Assembly (NCBI GenBank): GCA_902788975.1
Contig: CADAMI010000012.1
Span: 5,148-69,147 of the forward strand
Origin: an uncultured Erysipelotrichaceae bacterium
GTDB lineage: Bacteria; Bacillota_I; Bacilli_A; RF39; UBA660
DNA: 64,000 nucleotides
Direction: 5' to 3'
The translations under genes and the position numbers were made by a program. The notes under the pieces were generated by a model. The model saw nothing but the letters and a program-made list of their open reading frames with translations. It ran no database searches and was not told the DNA's origin. Below, piece after piece: positions 39,567 through 50,470 of the stretch. Every line of letters starts with the position of its first letter. The stretch's first letter is position 1.

Positions 39567-40655
39567 TTATTGTTTTATTTTACGTTTATTATTTATATAT
39601 ATTTTTATAGTGATTAAAATATATGGTATGATTAGTAAACTAACTATATATATAAAATTTTTTTCTATATAATTATTAAATACAGTTATATTATCAAATA
39701 TATAATTACTCATGATAATTAATAATAATCCAATAACTATATTAGTATATTTAAATGTCTTATCATTTTTTCTAGGTATATTTTTAGAGATAGTATAAAT
39801 AAGTAATGTCATATAGATATATGATTCAGTAATACAGCTCATCGATACGATATTTTCAATTCGTTCTAGAAAACCAAATAGTTTTATTTTCTTTAGAACC
39901 ATGTATTCAGAAAATTCAAATGCTTTTGTTAAATATATACCTAATGTGCCAATGGTTCCAATAATAGTTATTAATGAGATGAGACATCCGACAATATAAG
40001 AAAAGATGATACTTTTATTATATTTATCTTGATTAGTTATTTTATCTTTAGGGATAATTAAGATAGATATTATTGGTAAGATATTGATAATAGATATTTT
40101 TATAGATGATATGAATAAATTGTTTATATTTATTTTTAAGATTGGGAGTAAGTTATCTAATTTTATATCACCAATTAATGATAAGTTACTAAGAATAAAC
40201 ATGATTAAATTAATAGTTATTAAGATAATACTTATATGAGAAATAACATTTATTTCTTTGGTAGAACAATATACTGATAAAGTTACTAATAAGATGGATG
40301 TAATGATTATAGGAGTACGATAGAGAAATTGGGTTGTGATAAAACTTATAATGTTATATAAAACAGTTAAAGCTATTATTAATAATATAATTGATATAAA
40401 TAGATTTATAATGGTACCAAATATATCTCCGAATAAATGCTTATTTTTTTCAAATAGATTTAATTCTTTATGATAGTTAGAAATATATAGTGTTAGTAAT
40501 AAAGGTATAATGCCAATTATATATGAAATTAATATAGCAATCCACGAATTAACACCAACTGATTGTTTTAATATACAAATGTTAATACCAGTATTAAAGG
40601 AAATAATAATAGTTAAGAAAATAGATGATAATTCTAAATAACTAATTTTTTTCAT
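39567..40655 (-). CDS. Spore germination protein, GerAB/GerKB family (amino-acid-permease-like, about 10 TM)
   Basis: 362-aa polytopic membrane protein immediately downstream of gerAA/gerAC-like genes. Size and topology are typical of the germinant receptor B subunit. Confidence 0.65.
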   Translation of the reverse strand: MKKISYLELSSIFLTIIISFNTGINICILKQSVGVNSWIAILISYIIGIIPLLLTLYISNYHKELNLFEKNKHLFGDIFGTIINLFISIILLIIALTVLYNIISFITTQFLYRTPIIITSILLVTLSVYCSTKEINVISHISIILITINLIMFILSNLSLIGDIKLDNLLPILKININNLFISSIKISIINILPIISILIIPKDKITNQDKYNKSIIFSYIVGCLISLITIIGTIGTLGIYLTKAFEFSEYMVLKKIKLFGFLERIENIVSMSCITESYIYMTLLIYTISKNIPRKNDKTFKYTNIVIGLLLIIMSNYIFDNITVFNNYIEKNFIYIVSLLIIPYILITIKIYINNKRKIKQ

Positions 40656-41814
40656 TATTACCCTCCATAATATTTCCTTTGCTAATAATATTAATTTTTG
40701 TGTTTATATTAATAGGAATAGTTTTATAAGTTTCGTTGTACCAATTATCTTTTACTTTTAGGTATGTTTTATAATCATGTTTATATATTTCATCTAAGAA
40801 ACCAAAGACATCAGAATTATATTTATTTCTAATAGTATTAATATCTTTAGAGATATTGTTTTTTAAATATGTTGATAGATTATTTTCTAATAATTTAAGA
40901 TTGTTATTATGATTTAAGTTTAAATTACAGGCTGATTCATTGATGGTGGCTTTGATATTTATATCGATATTTATTTTTTGGTTTTTAGTAGTTATTTTGG
41001 ATTTACTAGAAATAATTTCAGCTGATAAATATTTATCTTTTTCACATTCATAGGTAATAATACTGCTGCTAATATGATTCTTTATAATGTTGTAAGATAT
41101 ACTTTCATTATCAGTAAGATAATCTAATAATTTATTATTTTTGAATATGGCTAGACCTGATAGTTTATACATTGAATTCACTTTGGTACTATCAGTATTT
41201 TGAGTTGTATCTGATTCGTCATTTATATTATCAATTTTTATAGATGGGAGAATTATTTCGGTATTAGGATTTAATGACATAATGGTTAATTCATTTAGTG
41301 TGGTTAAGTTGGTTACTCCTTGAAATCTATTATTAGTTTCTAGTGTTTTTAAGATACTTGATGAGGATATTTGATCGATTGGAGTTGTTGTTGATATGAT
41401 ATTTTCGTCTTTTCCAATTAGAACATTAAATTCAGTTCTAATAGATGGATCTCTTAAATAGAAATCTAATATTTGGGTAATATCTTCTTTTGCAATATTT
41501 TCATTAATTATTACTATTTGGAGGTGTTCTGGATAAAGATATCTTGATGAAGATAATTTTATTTGTCGATAGGCTTCTTGAATGGTTTTGCCAGTACCAG
41601 TATAGATAATAAATGGTGCTTCAATATTACTTGATTTATCGGGGGCTTGAGGATTTACAACTTGAGCATTTATAATAAAGTTATTATTTATTTTATTTAT
41701 TTCAGTAGCTGTTAAGATAGCAATGTCATTTAATTCTTTATTGTCGTAGCATCCGGTTAAGATAAAGATGGTAAATAGTAGAATTATTTTTTTAATCTTC
41801 ATAAGGGCCTCCAC
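40642..41814 (-). CDS. Spore germination lipoprotein, GerAC family
   Basis: Lipobox LTGC after the signal peptide. About 390 aa. Positioned between the A and B subunits. Confidence 0.6.
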   Translation of the reverse strand: MEALMKIKKIILLFTIFILTGCYDNKELNDIAILTATEINKINNNFIINAQVVNPQAPDKSSNIEAPFIIYTGTGKTIQEAYRQIKLSSSRYLYPEHLQIVIINENIAKEDITQILDFYLRDPSIRTEFNVLIGKDENIISTTTPIDQISSSSILKTLETNNRFQGVTNLTTLNELTIMSLNPNTEIILPSIKIDNINDESDTTQNTDSTKVNSMYKLSGLAIFKNNKLLDYLTDNESISYNIIKNHISSSIITYECEKDKYLSAEIISSKSKITTKNQKINIDINIKATINESACNLNLNHNNNLKLLENNLSTYLKNNISKDINTIRNKYNSDVFGFLDEIYKHDYKTYLKVKDNWYNETYKTIPININTKINIISKGNIMEGNNEKN

Positions 41815-43222
41815 TTTTGTTTTTAGTAATATTATCTGTTAGCATATGATTTCTTTTATTTAAATTTATGGTAGGTGTTTTAATGATACTATCTTTTAAA
41901 TTAGCAGTAATGGGCGGAGCAAATGGAGTAAGATAGGGCATACCAAGAAAATCATAACTTGATAGGTTGATAATCATAAAGATAAATACTAAGAGAATAC
42001 CATGGATTCCAAAAAGGGCACCGCCTATCATGAAGAGAAAGCGATATAAACGCATAGCATTAATAAATTCAGGCTCGACAAACGTTAAGGCTGATATTGA
42101 AGTAATGGCAATAACGATAATCATTATTGGAGAAACAATACCTGCGCTTACAGCAGCTTCGCCTAAAATAAGGGCACCAACGATTGAAATAGCAGATGAG
42201 GCAAAGGATGGTATTTTTAAATCGCTTTCACGAAGTATTTCAAATGATACCATCATTAAGAGGGCTTCAACAAAAGTAGAAAAGGGAACGTTTTCGCGTT
42301 GGGCTGCTATGCCAATTAACAATTCAGTGGGAATAATCTCTTGATTGTAAGTAGTCATGGCAATATATACTCCTGGTGTTAAAAGAGTAATAGCAAAAGT
42401 AATATATCTAATAATTCTTGTTAAGGACACATTGATGCTTTTAGCAAAATCGTCTTCTTCAGAAATAAAATAATCATTAATTGTGGTGGGCATAATTAAG
42501 GCAAAAGGATCATTATCAGCTAAAATAACAACATTTCCTTGGAGTAAATATTTAATGGCAGTGTAAGGTTTTTCGGCGGTCATAACATTTGGAAAATTAT
42601 TTTTATTTTCTTTTTCAATTAAATTTCTAATAGTACCGGTAGCAATAATACCATCGATATTTATTTTTTTAAGTAATTTATCGACATCATTGACTAGTTT
42701 TTCTTTAGCAATTGATTTAATATATAAAAGCGATACTGAAGTATCGGTATATTTACCCATTCGATAATTTTTAATCCATAAGTCATTACTTTTAATTCTT
42801 CTTTTTATTAAGCCAATATTATTTTCAATGTTTTCGGTAAATGAATCTAATGCTCCACGAGGAGTATTTTCAGTAGTAGGGGTAGTAATACCACGTGACA
42901 AATCTTTTCTTGTTTCTAGAGCAATATATTTATTTTGGGAATATATAATAATGGTAAAACCACTATTTAAGTAGTAAGTTAGATCATTATAGTTATTTAA
43001 TTCTTTATATTTAAAATTATTAATTTTGTTTTTAATATTTTTTATGGTTGGTATATAAATATTATTTAAACTTCTAATTATAAAATTAGAAATATCACTT
43101 GAAGATGTTATTGTTTGATTATATATAATATATATTTCTTTATAAAGTATTTTCTTTTTGCGATATACAATATTATCATCATTGTTAGTATCTTTTTTTA
43201 ATTTATTTATTACATTATTCAT
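41792..43222 (-). CDS. Spore germination protein, GerAA/GerKA family
   Basis: About 475 aa. Soluble N-terminal domain followed by 4-5 C-terminal TM helices. First gene of the A-C-B operon. The likely start is ATG (MNNVINK) after RBS aggatg. The ORF track extends to 43231. Confidence 0.7.
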   Translation of the reverse strand: MNNVINKLKKDTNNDDNIVYRKKKILYKEIYIIYNQTITSSSDISNFIIRSLNNIYIPTIKNIKNKINNFKYKELNNYNDLTYYLNSGFTIIIYSQNKYIALETRKDLSRGITTPTTENTPRGALDSFTENIENNIGLIKRRIKSNDLWIKNYRMGKYTDTSVSLLYIKSIAKEKLVNDVDKLLKKINIDGIIATGTIRNLIEKENKNNFPNVMTAEKPYTAIKYLLQGNVVILADNDPFALIMPTTINDYFISEEDDFAKSINVSLTRIIRYITFAITLLTPGVYIAMTTYNQEIIPTELLIGIAAQRENVPFSTFVEALLMMVSFEILRESDLKIPSFASSAISIVGALILGEAAVSAGIVSPIMIIVIAITSISALTFVEPEFINAMRLYRFLFMIGGALFGIHGILLVFIFMIINLSSYDFLGMPYLTPFAPPITANLKDSIIKTPTINLNKRNHMLTDNITKNKSGGPYED

Positions 43223-43346
43223 ATGGCACATCCTTTATAGTTTTCTTTTTTTAGTATTGATAAAATGTGTAAATTTATGTAAAAAATGGGGATTTTATTG
43301 TTTTAAAAAATTAGATATGATAAACTATTTTTTAGGAGATAATAAT

Positions 43347-44717
43347 ATGAAAAAGAAAGAAAACAAAGATATAGATAAAAATAATCAAAAAATATTTGAA
43401 GCTAAGAAAATTATTAAAGAAGAAAAAAGAAAAATAAAGATAGAAAAAAATAATATTAGAAAGAGAAAAATTGAAAAATTTAAAAAGACAAAATTAGGAA
43501 AAGTGTTTGGTAGAGTATTTTTCTTTTTAGATGATAAGAGAGATAATTATTCTTTTTCTGAATTATTTTGTGTAACACTTGTTTCTTTAGTTTTAGGCTT
43601 TTTTGTATGCCTTTGTGTATTTACTATTATTACTGGTGGTAGAAATTATTTTAAGATGTCAAAGCAATTAGATAAATTTTATGATGTATATGATGTTATT
43701 ATAAATAATTATTATGGTAATATTGATAAAGATGAATTAATTGAAGCAGCTATTGATGGTATGGTATCTAGTGTAGGAGATGTATATACTAGTTATAATG
43801 ATGTTGCAACAACGGATAATTTTAATGAGATGGTTAATGGTACTTATGAAGGTATTGGGTGTACAATTACTAAAGTTGAAAATGGTATTATGATTGTAGA
43901 AGTATATGAAAATACTCCAGCTAGTAAAGCAGGATTAAAGGCTAATGATATTATTACTTTGGTCGATAACAAAGATGCTGTAACTGGAATGAGTATTAAT
44001 GACTTATCAAATTATGTTAAGAATGAGGCTAAGGGTAAAATTGTTATGAAAATTCTTAGGGGTGATGAAGAACTAGAGGTTACTCTAGAAAGGGGAAAGG
44101 TAGAGATTCCTTCAGTACATACAGAAATATATGAAAATAATGACAGGAAGATTGGATATATGGATATATCAATATTTTCTTCAGTTTCAGCAAAGCAATT
44201 TAAAGATAAATTAGAAGAATTGGAAGAAAAGAAAATAGATGGTTTAGTTATTGATGTAAGAGATAATAATGGAGGATATTTAACAAGTGTAACAGATATA
44301 GCTAGTTATCTTCTCCCAAAAGGCAAGACCATTTATCAAGTTCAAAGTACAAAGAAGAAAACAATTACCAAAGATAAAACAAATGAAATGAGAGAATATC
44401 CAATTGCAATAATTACAAACGGTGAAAGTGCATCGGCATCAGAGATTTTAGCAGCAGTCATTAAAGAAAGTTATGGTGGATATGTAGTTGGCACAAAAAC
44501 TTATGGCAAAGGAACTGTTCAACAAGTAAAACAATTAAAAGATGGTAGTATGGTTAAATATACGATAGAGAATTGGCTTACTCCTGATGGTAATTGGATT
44601 AATGAAAAAGGGATTGAACCAACCGATGAAGTAGTACTTAGTGAAGAATATTATAAAGAACCAACTGCAGCAAATGATAATCAATTACAGAAGGCTTTAG
44701 AATTGGTTAGTAAATAA
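43347..44717 (+). CDS. ctpA: Carboxyl-terminal processing protease (S41 family; CtpA/CtpB-like) with PDZ domain
   Basis: S41 motifs TNGESASASEIL and TKTYGKGTVQ. PDZ region GLKANDIITLVDN. N-terminal TM. RBS aggaga precedes ATG 43347. The ORF track extension to 43158 overlaps gerAA. Confidence 0.8.
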   Translation: MKKKENKDIDKNNQKIFEAKKIIKEEKRKIKIEKNNIRKRKIEKFKKTKLGKVFGRVFFFLDDKRDNYSFSELFCVTLVSLVLGFFVCLCVFTIITGGRNYFKMSKQLDKFYDVYDVIINNYYGNIDKDELIEAAIDGMVSSVGDVYTSYNDVATTDNFNEMVNGTYEGIGCTITKVENGIMIVEVYENTPASKAGLKANDIITLVDNKDAVTGMSINDLSNYVKNEAKGKIVMKILRGDEELEVTLERGKVEIPSVHTEIYENNDRKIGYMDISIFSSVSAKQFKDKLEELEEKKIDGLVIDVRDNNGGYLTSVTDIASYLLPKGKTIYQVQSTKKKTITKDKTNEMREYPIAIITNGESASASEILAAVIKESYGGYVVGTKTYGKGTVQQVKQLKDGSMVKYTIENWLTPDGNWINEKGIEPTDEVVLSEEYYKEPTAANDNQLQKALELVSK

Positions 44718-44830
44718 TCATTAAAGTCTTTTTTTATGACAAAATTTGTAAAATTTATGACAAATACATTGATTTTTAAAAATCATAGTTTATAATTCTT
44801 GTATGTAAGTGATTATGAAGGTGAATTATT

Positions 44831-45526
44831 GTGTTTGATATTGTGGTTTGCAGTACAAGTAAAGACTTGATGAATAGGAGTATCAAGGTAATTAATTGTG
44901 GTTTAATTAATTATGATTTTGATTATCATGTTTGTAAATTTAATAATAATTGTGATGAATTATTAAAAATTATTGATAAGAATAGAAGAAAATTATATAT
45001 AATTGATATTGATAATAATTTAGATATAGCTATTAAAATAAGAGAAAATGATTTTGATAGTATAATTATACTTGTTAGTTCACATGATAGTATTGATTAT
45101 TCTTTGTTTAACGAAAGACTTATGATACTAGATTATTTATGTAATAATGAATTGTATGAAGATAGATTAAAACAAGATATTTGTTTAGGAATTAAGATAT
45201 TGTTTAAAGAAAACGTTTTTGTTTTTAGTTATAATCATGTTGTGTATCGTATTCCTTATGAAGATATAAATTATATTGAAAAGGAACCAAATATAAAGAG
45301 ATGTATAATTCATACGTTAGATAAAGATTATTATGTTGTTAATTCAGTAGAAAAGATTAGCAGCAATTTATCAGGGATGTTTATTAAGACAAGTCAGTCT
45401 TGTATTATTAATTTAATGAATGTTAGTAATGTAGATTGTGTAAAAAATATAGTTTGTTTTAAGAATGGTGATATGACTACATTAATAACAAATAGAGCAA
45501 AAAAGATAATTAAAGAATATGTGTAA
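44831..45526 (+). CDS. LytTR-domain DNA-binding protein with degenerate N-terminal receiver-like domain
   Basis: The C-terminus FIKTSQSCIINLMNV fits the LytTR pattern (F.R.HRSYIVNL). No phospho-acceptor context is recognisable at the N-terminus. Confidence 0.45.
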   Translation: MFDIVVCSTSKDLMNRSIKVINCGLINYDFDYHVCKFNNNCDELLKIIDKNRRKLYIIDIDNNLDIAIKIRENDFDSIIILVSSHDSIDYSLFNERLMILDYLCNNELYEDRLKQDICLGIKILFKENVFVFSYNHVVYRIPYEDINYIEKEPNIKRCIIHTLDKDYYVVNSVEKISSNLSGMFIKTSQSCIINLMNVSNVDCVKNIVCFKNGDMTTLITNRAKKIIKEYV

Positions 45527-45594
45527 AGTAGTCTTCTTTGTTTGTATTTTATGATATTATTTGTTATAATTATGATAATGTGAGGTAGATATGA

Positions 45595-47412
45595 ATGTGT
45601 GGATTTGTTGGCTTTGTTGATAAGGCTAATAATAAAAAGAAGATAATTAAAGATATGGCTGATATTATTAAACATAGAGGACCGGACAGTGATGGATACT
45701 ACGTAGGTAATGATTGTGCGCTTGGATTTAGAAGATTATCAATTATTGATTTAGCAGGTGGAGATCAGCCAATTTATAATGAGGATAATACAAAGATAAT
45801 TACATTTAATGGCGAAATATATAATTATCAAGAAATAAGAGAGGATCTTGTCGGTAAAGGACATAAATTTAAAACAAATAGTGATACCGAAGTATTACTT
45901 CATGGGTATGAAGAATATGGTAGTAAACTATTAAATAAATTAAGAGGTATGTTTGCATTTGCTATTTACGATATAAAAGATAATAGTTTGTTTGTAGCAA
46001 GAGATTTTTATGGCATTAAACCATTATATTATTATTTAACAGATGATGAATTTATGTTTGGTTCCGAAATAAAATCTTTTTTGGGGCATCCTAATTTTAA
46101 GAAAGAATTAAATAGAGATATGTTAAAACAATATCTTACTTTTCAGTATAGTGTCGGAGAAGATACTTTCTTTAAAAATGTATATAAGCTTAGACCTGGT
46201 CATTATATGACATATAAAGATGGTAAACTTGATATAAAGAAGTATTATGAAATAGATTTGACTAGTGATAATACTAAATCTTTAGATGAATGGAAAGATA
46301 TTATTAGAAAAGAATTAAAGGAATCGATTAAATATCATAAGATTAGTGATGTTGAAGTTGGAAGTTTTTTATCGAGTGGGGTAGATTCTTCAATCGTAGC
46401 GACACTAAGTGATGTCGATAAGACATTTACGGTTGGTTATGATAATAAAAAATATAGTGAAATTGATTATGCTAAAGAATTAAGTGAAAAAATTGGTGTT
46501 AAAAATATTAGTAAGAAAATAAGTAAAAAAGAATATTTTGATAAATTTAGTGATATTCAATACTTTATGGATGAACCTTTAGCTGATCCTTCAGCGGCAG
46601 CTTTGTATTTTGTGGCTAATACGGCTAGTAAGCATGTAAAAGTCGCTTTATCTGGTGAAGGGGCTGATGAAATATTTGGAGGATATAATATATATCATGA
46701 GCCATATTCGGTTAGCTGGTATAATAAAATTCCTTATCCAATAAGAAGAGGGATTGGAGTAATGGCTTATCCATTTAGAAATCATACTGGTTTTAATTTT
46801 TTAGTAAGAAGAAGTAAGAAATTAGAAGATAGATATGTCGGAAATGCATTTATTTTTGATCCACATGATGCCGAAAAAATATTAAGCTATCAAGATAAAC
46901 ATACTTTTAAAGAATTAACTAAATCTTATTATGAAAAAGCTAAAAATTATGATGATGTTGGAAAGATGCAATATATAGATTTTAATTTTTGGTTAATTGG
47001 GGATATTCTTTTAAAAGCTGATAAAATGAGTATGGCTAATTCTTTAGAAGTAAGAGTACCTTTTTTGGATAGAATGTTAATATCTAATGTAATTAGTATG
47101 CCATCTGAATATAAAATAGTTGGTAATGAAACAAAATATGCATTCAGACAAGTATGTAAAGAAACATTGGATCCTAAATGGGCTAATAAGAAAAAATTAG
47201 GTTTTCCGGTACCAATTAGAGAATGGATTAAAGAAGAAGATACTTATAATAATATATATAAATTATTTGAGTCATCTCATGAATTCTTTAATGTTAATAG
47301 AATTTTAAAACTATTAGCAGATCATAAGAATGGTAAATGCGATAATAGTAGAAAGATATGGACGATATATTCATTCTTAATTTGGTATCAAGAATATTTT
47401 GTAAAGAGATAA
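45595..47412 (+). CDS. asnB: Asparagine synthetase, glutamine-hydrolysing
   Basis: N-terminal MCGFVGF (Cys2 nucleophile). Gn-AT II domain, then synthetase domain with the SGGVDSS PP-loop. 605 aa. Confidence 0.85.
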   Translation: MCGFVGFVDKANNKKKIIKDMADIIKHRGPDSDGYYVGNDCALGFRRLSIIDLAGGDQPIYNEDNTKIITFNGEIYNYQEIREDLVGKGHKFKTNSDTEVLLHGYEEYGSKLLNKLRGMFAFAIYDIKDNSLFVARDFYGIKPLYYYLTDDEFMFGSEIKSFLGHPNFKKELNRDMLKQYLTFQYSVGEDTFFKNVYKLRPGHYMTYKDGKLDIKKYYEIDLTSDNTKSLDEWKDIIRKELKESIKYHKISDVEVGSFLSSGVDSSIVATLSDVDKTFTVGYDNKKYSEIDYAKELSEKIGVKNISKKISKKEYFDKFSDIQYFMDEPLADPSAAALYFVANTASKHVKVALSGEGADEIFGGYNIYHEPYSVSWYNKIPYPIRRGIGVMAYPFRNHTGFNFLVRRSKKLEDRYVGNAFIFDPHDAEKILSYQDKHTFKELTKSYYEKAKNYDDVGKMQYIDFNFWLIGDILLKADKMSMANSLEVRVPFLDRMLISNVISMPSEYKIVGNETKYAFRQVCKETLDPKWANKKKLGFPVPIREWIKEEDTYNNIYKLFESSHEFFNVNRILKLLADHKNGKCDNSRKIWTIYSFLIWYQEYFVKR

Positions 47413-47437
47413 GATGACGGTATAGTCATCTTTTTTT
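47411..47437 (+). terminator. Rho-independent terminator after asnB
   Basis: aagatgac-ggtata-gtcatctt followed by ttttttt. Confidence 0.55.
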
Positions 47438-47519
47438 GACAAATATTTGTAAAACTATTATGAATATTGCATTCTTCGTTAATGTTTGATATACTTTTGT
47501 TGTGCGGAGAGGTGTTTAG

Positions 47520-48089
47520 ATGAAAAAAATTGATTTTGGATTTAATGATGATAATAGATTAAATTCTTCTTTTTCAAGAATATCACCTTATAATGGTGAA
47601 TATATCGAAATAGTTTCTTGCAATGGTTTTAATTTTTTGATAACAAGAATAATTGATTCGTATAATGGCTTAAATGGTAATATTGACGTGCGCGAAATTG
47701 CACAAGATTATTATGCAGATGGTAGTTATGTTAACTATGCAAATCAAGCAAGTAATGGTTTGTGTCGCAAATTTGAACAACTTTTAAATACTGATAGATT
47801 GAGACATGAGTTGAATAGTGGCAAAACACCACTTACCATACTCAGAGAAGCTGGCTTTCCGGTTAGTTTATCAGCAATTAATAATGTTGCATCAGACTCA
47901 AAATACGTATCATCAATCGTTACTTCGATAAGGCCCGAATTGTTTCAAAGATTGAAAGATAGTAAAAAGTATAATGCTGGTAAATCTATGTATTATTTGG
48001 TGCAAGAAAACCAAATATTATATGATAAAATTGCTCAATTGAAAGAGGAAATTGCTAGGTTGGAAAGGGAAAAACATAAGGGAAGATAA
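47520..48089 (+). CDS. Hypothetical protein (189 aa) with C-terminal coiled coil
   Basis: RBS ggagaggtg. No motif recognised. Confidence 0.4.
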   Translation: MKKIDFGFNDDNRLNSSFSRISPYNGEYIEIVSCNGFNFLITRIIDSYNGLNGNIDVREIAQDYYADGSYVNYANQASNGLCRKFEQLLNTDRLRHELNSGKTPLTILREAGFPVSLSAINNVASDSKYVSSIVTSIRPELFQRLKDSKKYNAGKSMYYLVQENQILYDKIAQLKEEIARLEREKHKGR

Positions 48090-48207
48090 ATATCAAACAA
48101 TGAATGTTGTCAATGTATAACATTCCTTTTTTTCTTATTAGTATTTACTTTCGATAGTTAAAATGCTATAATTTTAGTATAAGTAATCATATAAAGTGAG
48201 GTACATA

Positions 48208-50424
48208 ATGGCAAAGAAGAAACAAAAAAAAGATAAAGATAAATTTGAATATAGTAATGAAGTAATTGGAGTATTGTTAATACTTTTATCAATTATTGGA
48301 ATGTTAGGATATGGAAGAGCAGGTAATTTTATTAGAAGCTTTGCAGTTTTTCTAGTTGGGATTGCTTATTTTCCATTACTTGTTGGTTTCTTGACTTTGG
48401 GTATTTATTTAATTGTTAAAAGAAAGTCTCCAAAGATGATATCAAGAACTTCAATTGGATTGTATCTAATAATTATGGCTATTTTAACTATTCTTCATTT
48501 AGAATATGTTAAGAAAACACCTACGTCTGAAATGATAATGGAAACATTTAGAAATGTTATGTCAGCATTTAAATCAGCAGATTTTATTAAAAATTGTGGT
48601 GGGGGAATGCTTGGATCCATTTTAGCTTATGTTTTTAATTGGGCATTTTCTGCTGATGGAATAATAATTGTTGTTATTACATTAATAATTTTAGGAATTA
48701 TCTTATTATTTAATACTTCTATTCTCAATATGTTTAAGAAGATTAAATTACCAAAATTAAGTAGAGAAGAAAGTGATGAAGAAGAAGAGGAAAAAGAAAC
48801 TGCTAAAGAAGAGGTAGAAGATAAACGCATTGTTATATCTTCAATTGAAGAATTAACTAACAAGAAGGAAGAAAAAGTTGATGAAATAGATGCTGATATT
48901 CCTATTAAAAGAGAAAACGAAAATGTTACTCAAGAAGAAAAAGTAGCAGAAACAGAAGAAATAAAGAAGAACGATAATTATAAATTACCTTCAATTAATT
49001 TACTTAAGACTGTTAAGAATGTTAATAGTAAAGAAAATGAACAAACAGCTAAAGAAAATATTAGTAAACTGGAGGAAGTATTAAAAGTATTTGAAATATC
49101 TGGTAAAATAGTACAAGTCAATATTGGACCTACGGTAACTCAATATGAGTTAGATTTAAAAGCTGGTACTAAAGTTAACAAATTATTGGGTATTCAAAGA
49201 GAAATTGCTTTAGCTATGGCAGCAAAAGATGTTAGAATTCAAGCACCTATTCCTGGTAAGAATACGATTGGAATTGAATTACCTAATAAGGTAAATGCTA
49301 GTGTTTCGTTTAAAGAAGTATTATCAAACATGCCTGAAGTAAACGAAAAGACACTTTTAGCTGTTGGGCTTGGTAAGGATATTATGGGTAAAGTTAAATG
49401 GTGTGAAATAAATGCAACGCCACACTTGCTTGTAGCTGGATCTACAGGTAGTGGTAAATCAGTATGTATTAACTGTATTATTGCATCTATTCTTATGAGG
49501 GCAAAACCTGATCAAGTTAAATTGGTTTTAGTAGATCCTAAAAAAGTTGAATTTTCAATGTATGATGGGGTACCTCACTTACTTAGCCCAGTAGTAACAG
49601 ATGCCAAGAAAGCTTCAATTGCTCTTAAAAATATTGTTGGTGAAATGGAAAGACGTTATGAACTACTTGAACACACTAAAAATAAGAATATAGTAGGTTA
49701 TAATAAGTTTTGTGAAACACATCCAGAATATCAAAAATTACCATACATTGTGGTTATTATAGATGAGTTAGCTGATTTAATGTTAGTAGCTGCTAAAGAA
49801 GTAGAAGATTCAATTATGCGTATTACGCAAATGGCTCGTGCAGCTGGAATTCATTTAATTGTTGCTACTCAAAGACCATCTACGGATATTATTACAGGTG
49901 TAGTTAAAGCTAATATTCCGTCAAGAATTAGTTTTGCAGTATCAAGTCAGATAGACTCTCGTACAATTCTTGATATGGGTGGAGCTGAAAAGTTGCTTGG
50001 TAAAGGTGATATGTTATTTTTACCAATGGGTGAATCTATTCCAATGAGAGTACAAGGGGCTTTTGTATCTGAAGAGGAAATAGAAAAACTAGTTAATTAT
50101 ACGATTAGTCAACAAAAGGCTATTTATGATGAATCACTTACGGTTGATAAGAGTGAAGGTGGAAGTTCATCAGTTAGCAGTGGTGGAGATGATTATGCAT
50201 CAGCTGATGAATATGATGATCCAATCTATAATGAAGTTGTTGATTTCGCAGTATCAGCTGGAAAAATTAGTGCTTCTTTGATTCAAAGAAAGTTTAGGCT
50301 TGGATATAATAGAGCCGCTAGAATTGTTGATTTACTTGAAGAGAGAGGAATAATTGGACCACCAAATGGTTCAAAACCTAGAGAAGTTTTGGTTAAACTT
50401 GAAAGTCATAATGATGAAGAATAG
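48208..50424 (+). CDS. ftsK: DNA translocase FtsK/SpoIIIE
   Basis: N-terminal 4-TM domain, acidic linker, Walker A GSTGSGKSV, Walker B VVIIDELADLM, C-terminal gamma-domain-like tail. RBS gtgaggt precedes ATG 48208. The ORF track opens at 48196. Confidence 0.85.
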   Translation: MAKKKQKKDKDKFEYSNEVIGVLLILLSIIGMLGYGRAGNFIRSFAVFLVGIAYFPLLVGFLTLGIYLIVKRKSPKMISRTSIGLYLIIMAILTILHLEYVKKTPTSEMIMETFRNVMSAFKSADFIKNCGGGMLGSILAYVFNWAFSADGIIIVVITLIILGIILLFNTSILNMFKKIKLPKLSREESDEEEEEKETAKEEVEDKRIVISSIEELTNKKEEKVDEIDADIPIKRENENVTQEEKVAETEEIKKNDNYKLPSINLLKTVKNVNSKENEQTAKENISKLEEVLKVFEISGKIVQVNIGPTVTQYELDLKAGTKVNKLLGIQREIALAMAAKDVRIQAPIPGKNTIGIELPNKVNASVSFKEVLSNMPEVNEKTLLAVGLGKDIMGKVKWCEINATPHLLVAGSTGSGKSVCINCIIASILMRAKPDQVKLVLVDPKKVEFSMYDGVPHLLSPVVTDAKKASIALKNIVGEMERRYELLEHTKNKNIVGYNKFCETHPEYQKLPYIVVIIDELADLMLVAAKEVEDSIMRITQMARAAGIHLIVATQRPSTDIITGVVKANIPSRISFAVSSQIDSRTILDMGGAEKLLGKGDMLFLPMGESIPMRVQGAFVSEEEIEKLVNYTISQQKAIYDESLTVDKSEGGSSSVSSGGDDYASADEYDDPIYNEVVDFAVSAGKISASLIQRKFRLGYNRAARIVDLLEERGIIGPPNGSKPREVLVKLESHNDEE

Positions 50425-50428
50425 TATT

Positions 50429-50452
50429 TAGGGGAATTTAATTTCCCTTTTT
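50429..50452 (+). terminator. Rho-independent terminator after ftsK
   Basis: agggaaat-taa-atttccct followed by ttttt. Confidence 0.5.
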
Positions 50453-50470
50453 ACCAATTGAGGTATTTAT

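Noticed and set aside
41967-42344. Plus-strand 125-aa ORF inside gerAA, and similar antisense ORFs at 36749-37332, 33216-33883, 48627-48863 and 56073-56309
   Set aside because: They are embedded in, and antisense to, well-supported genes (GerAA, recombinase, ligase, FtsK, PyrH).
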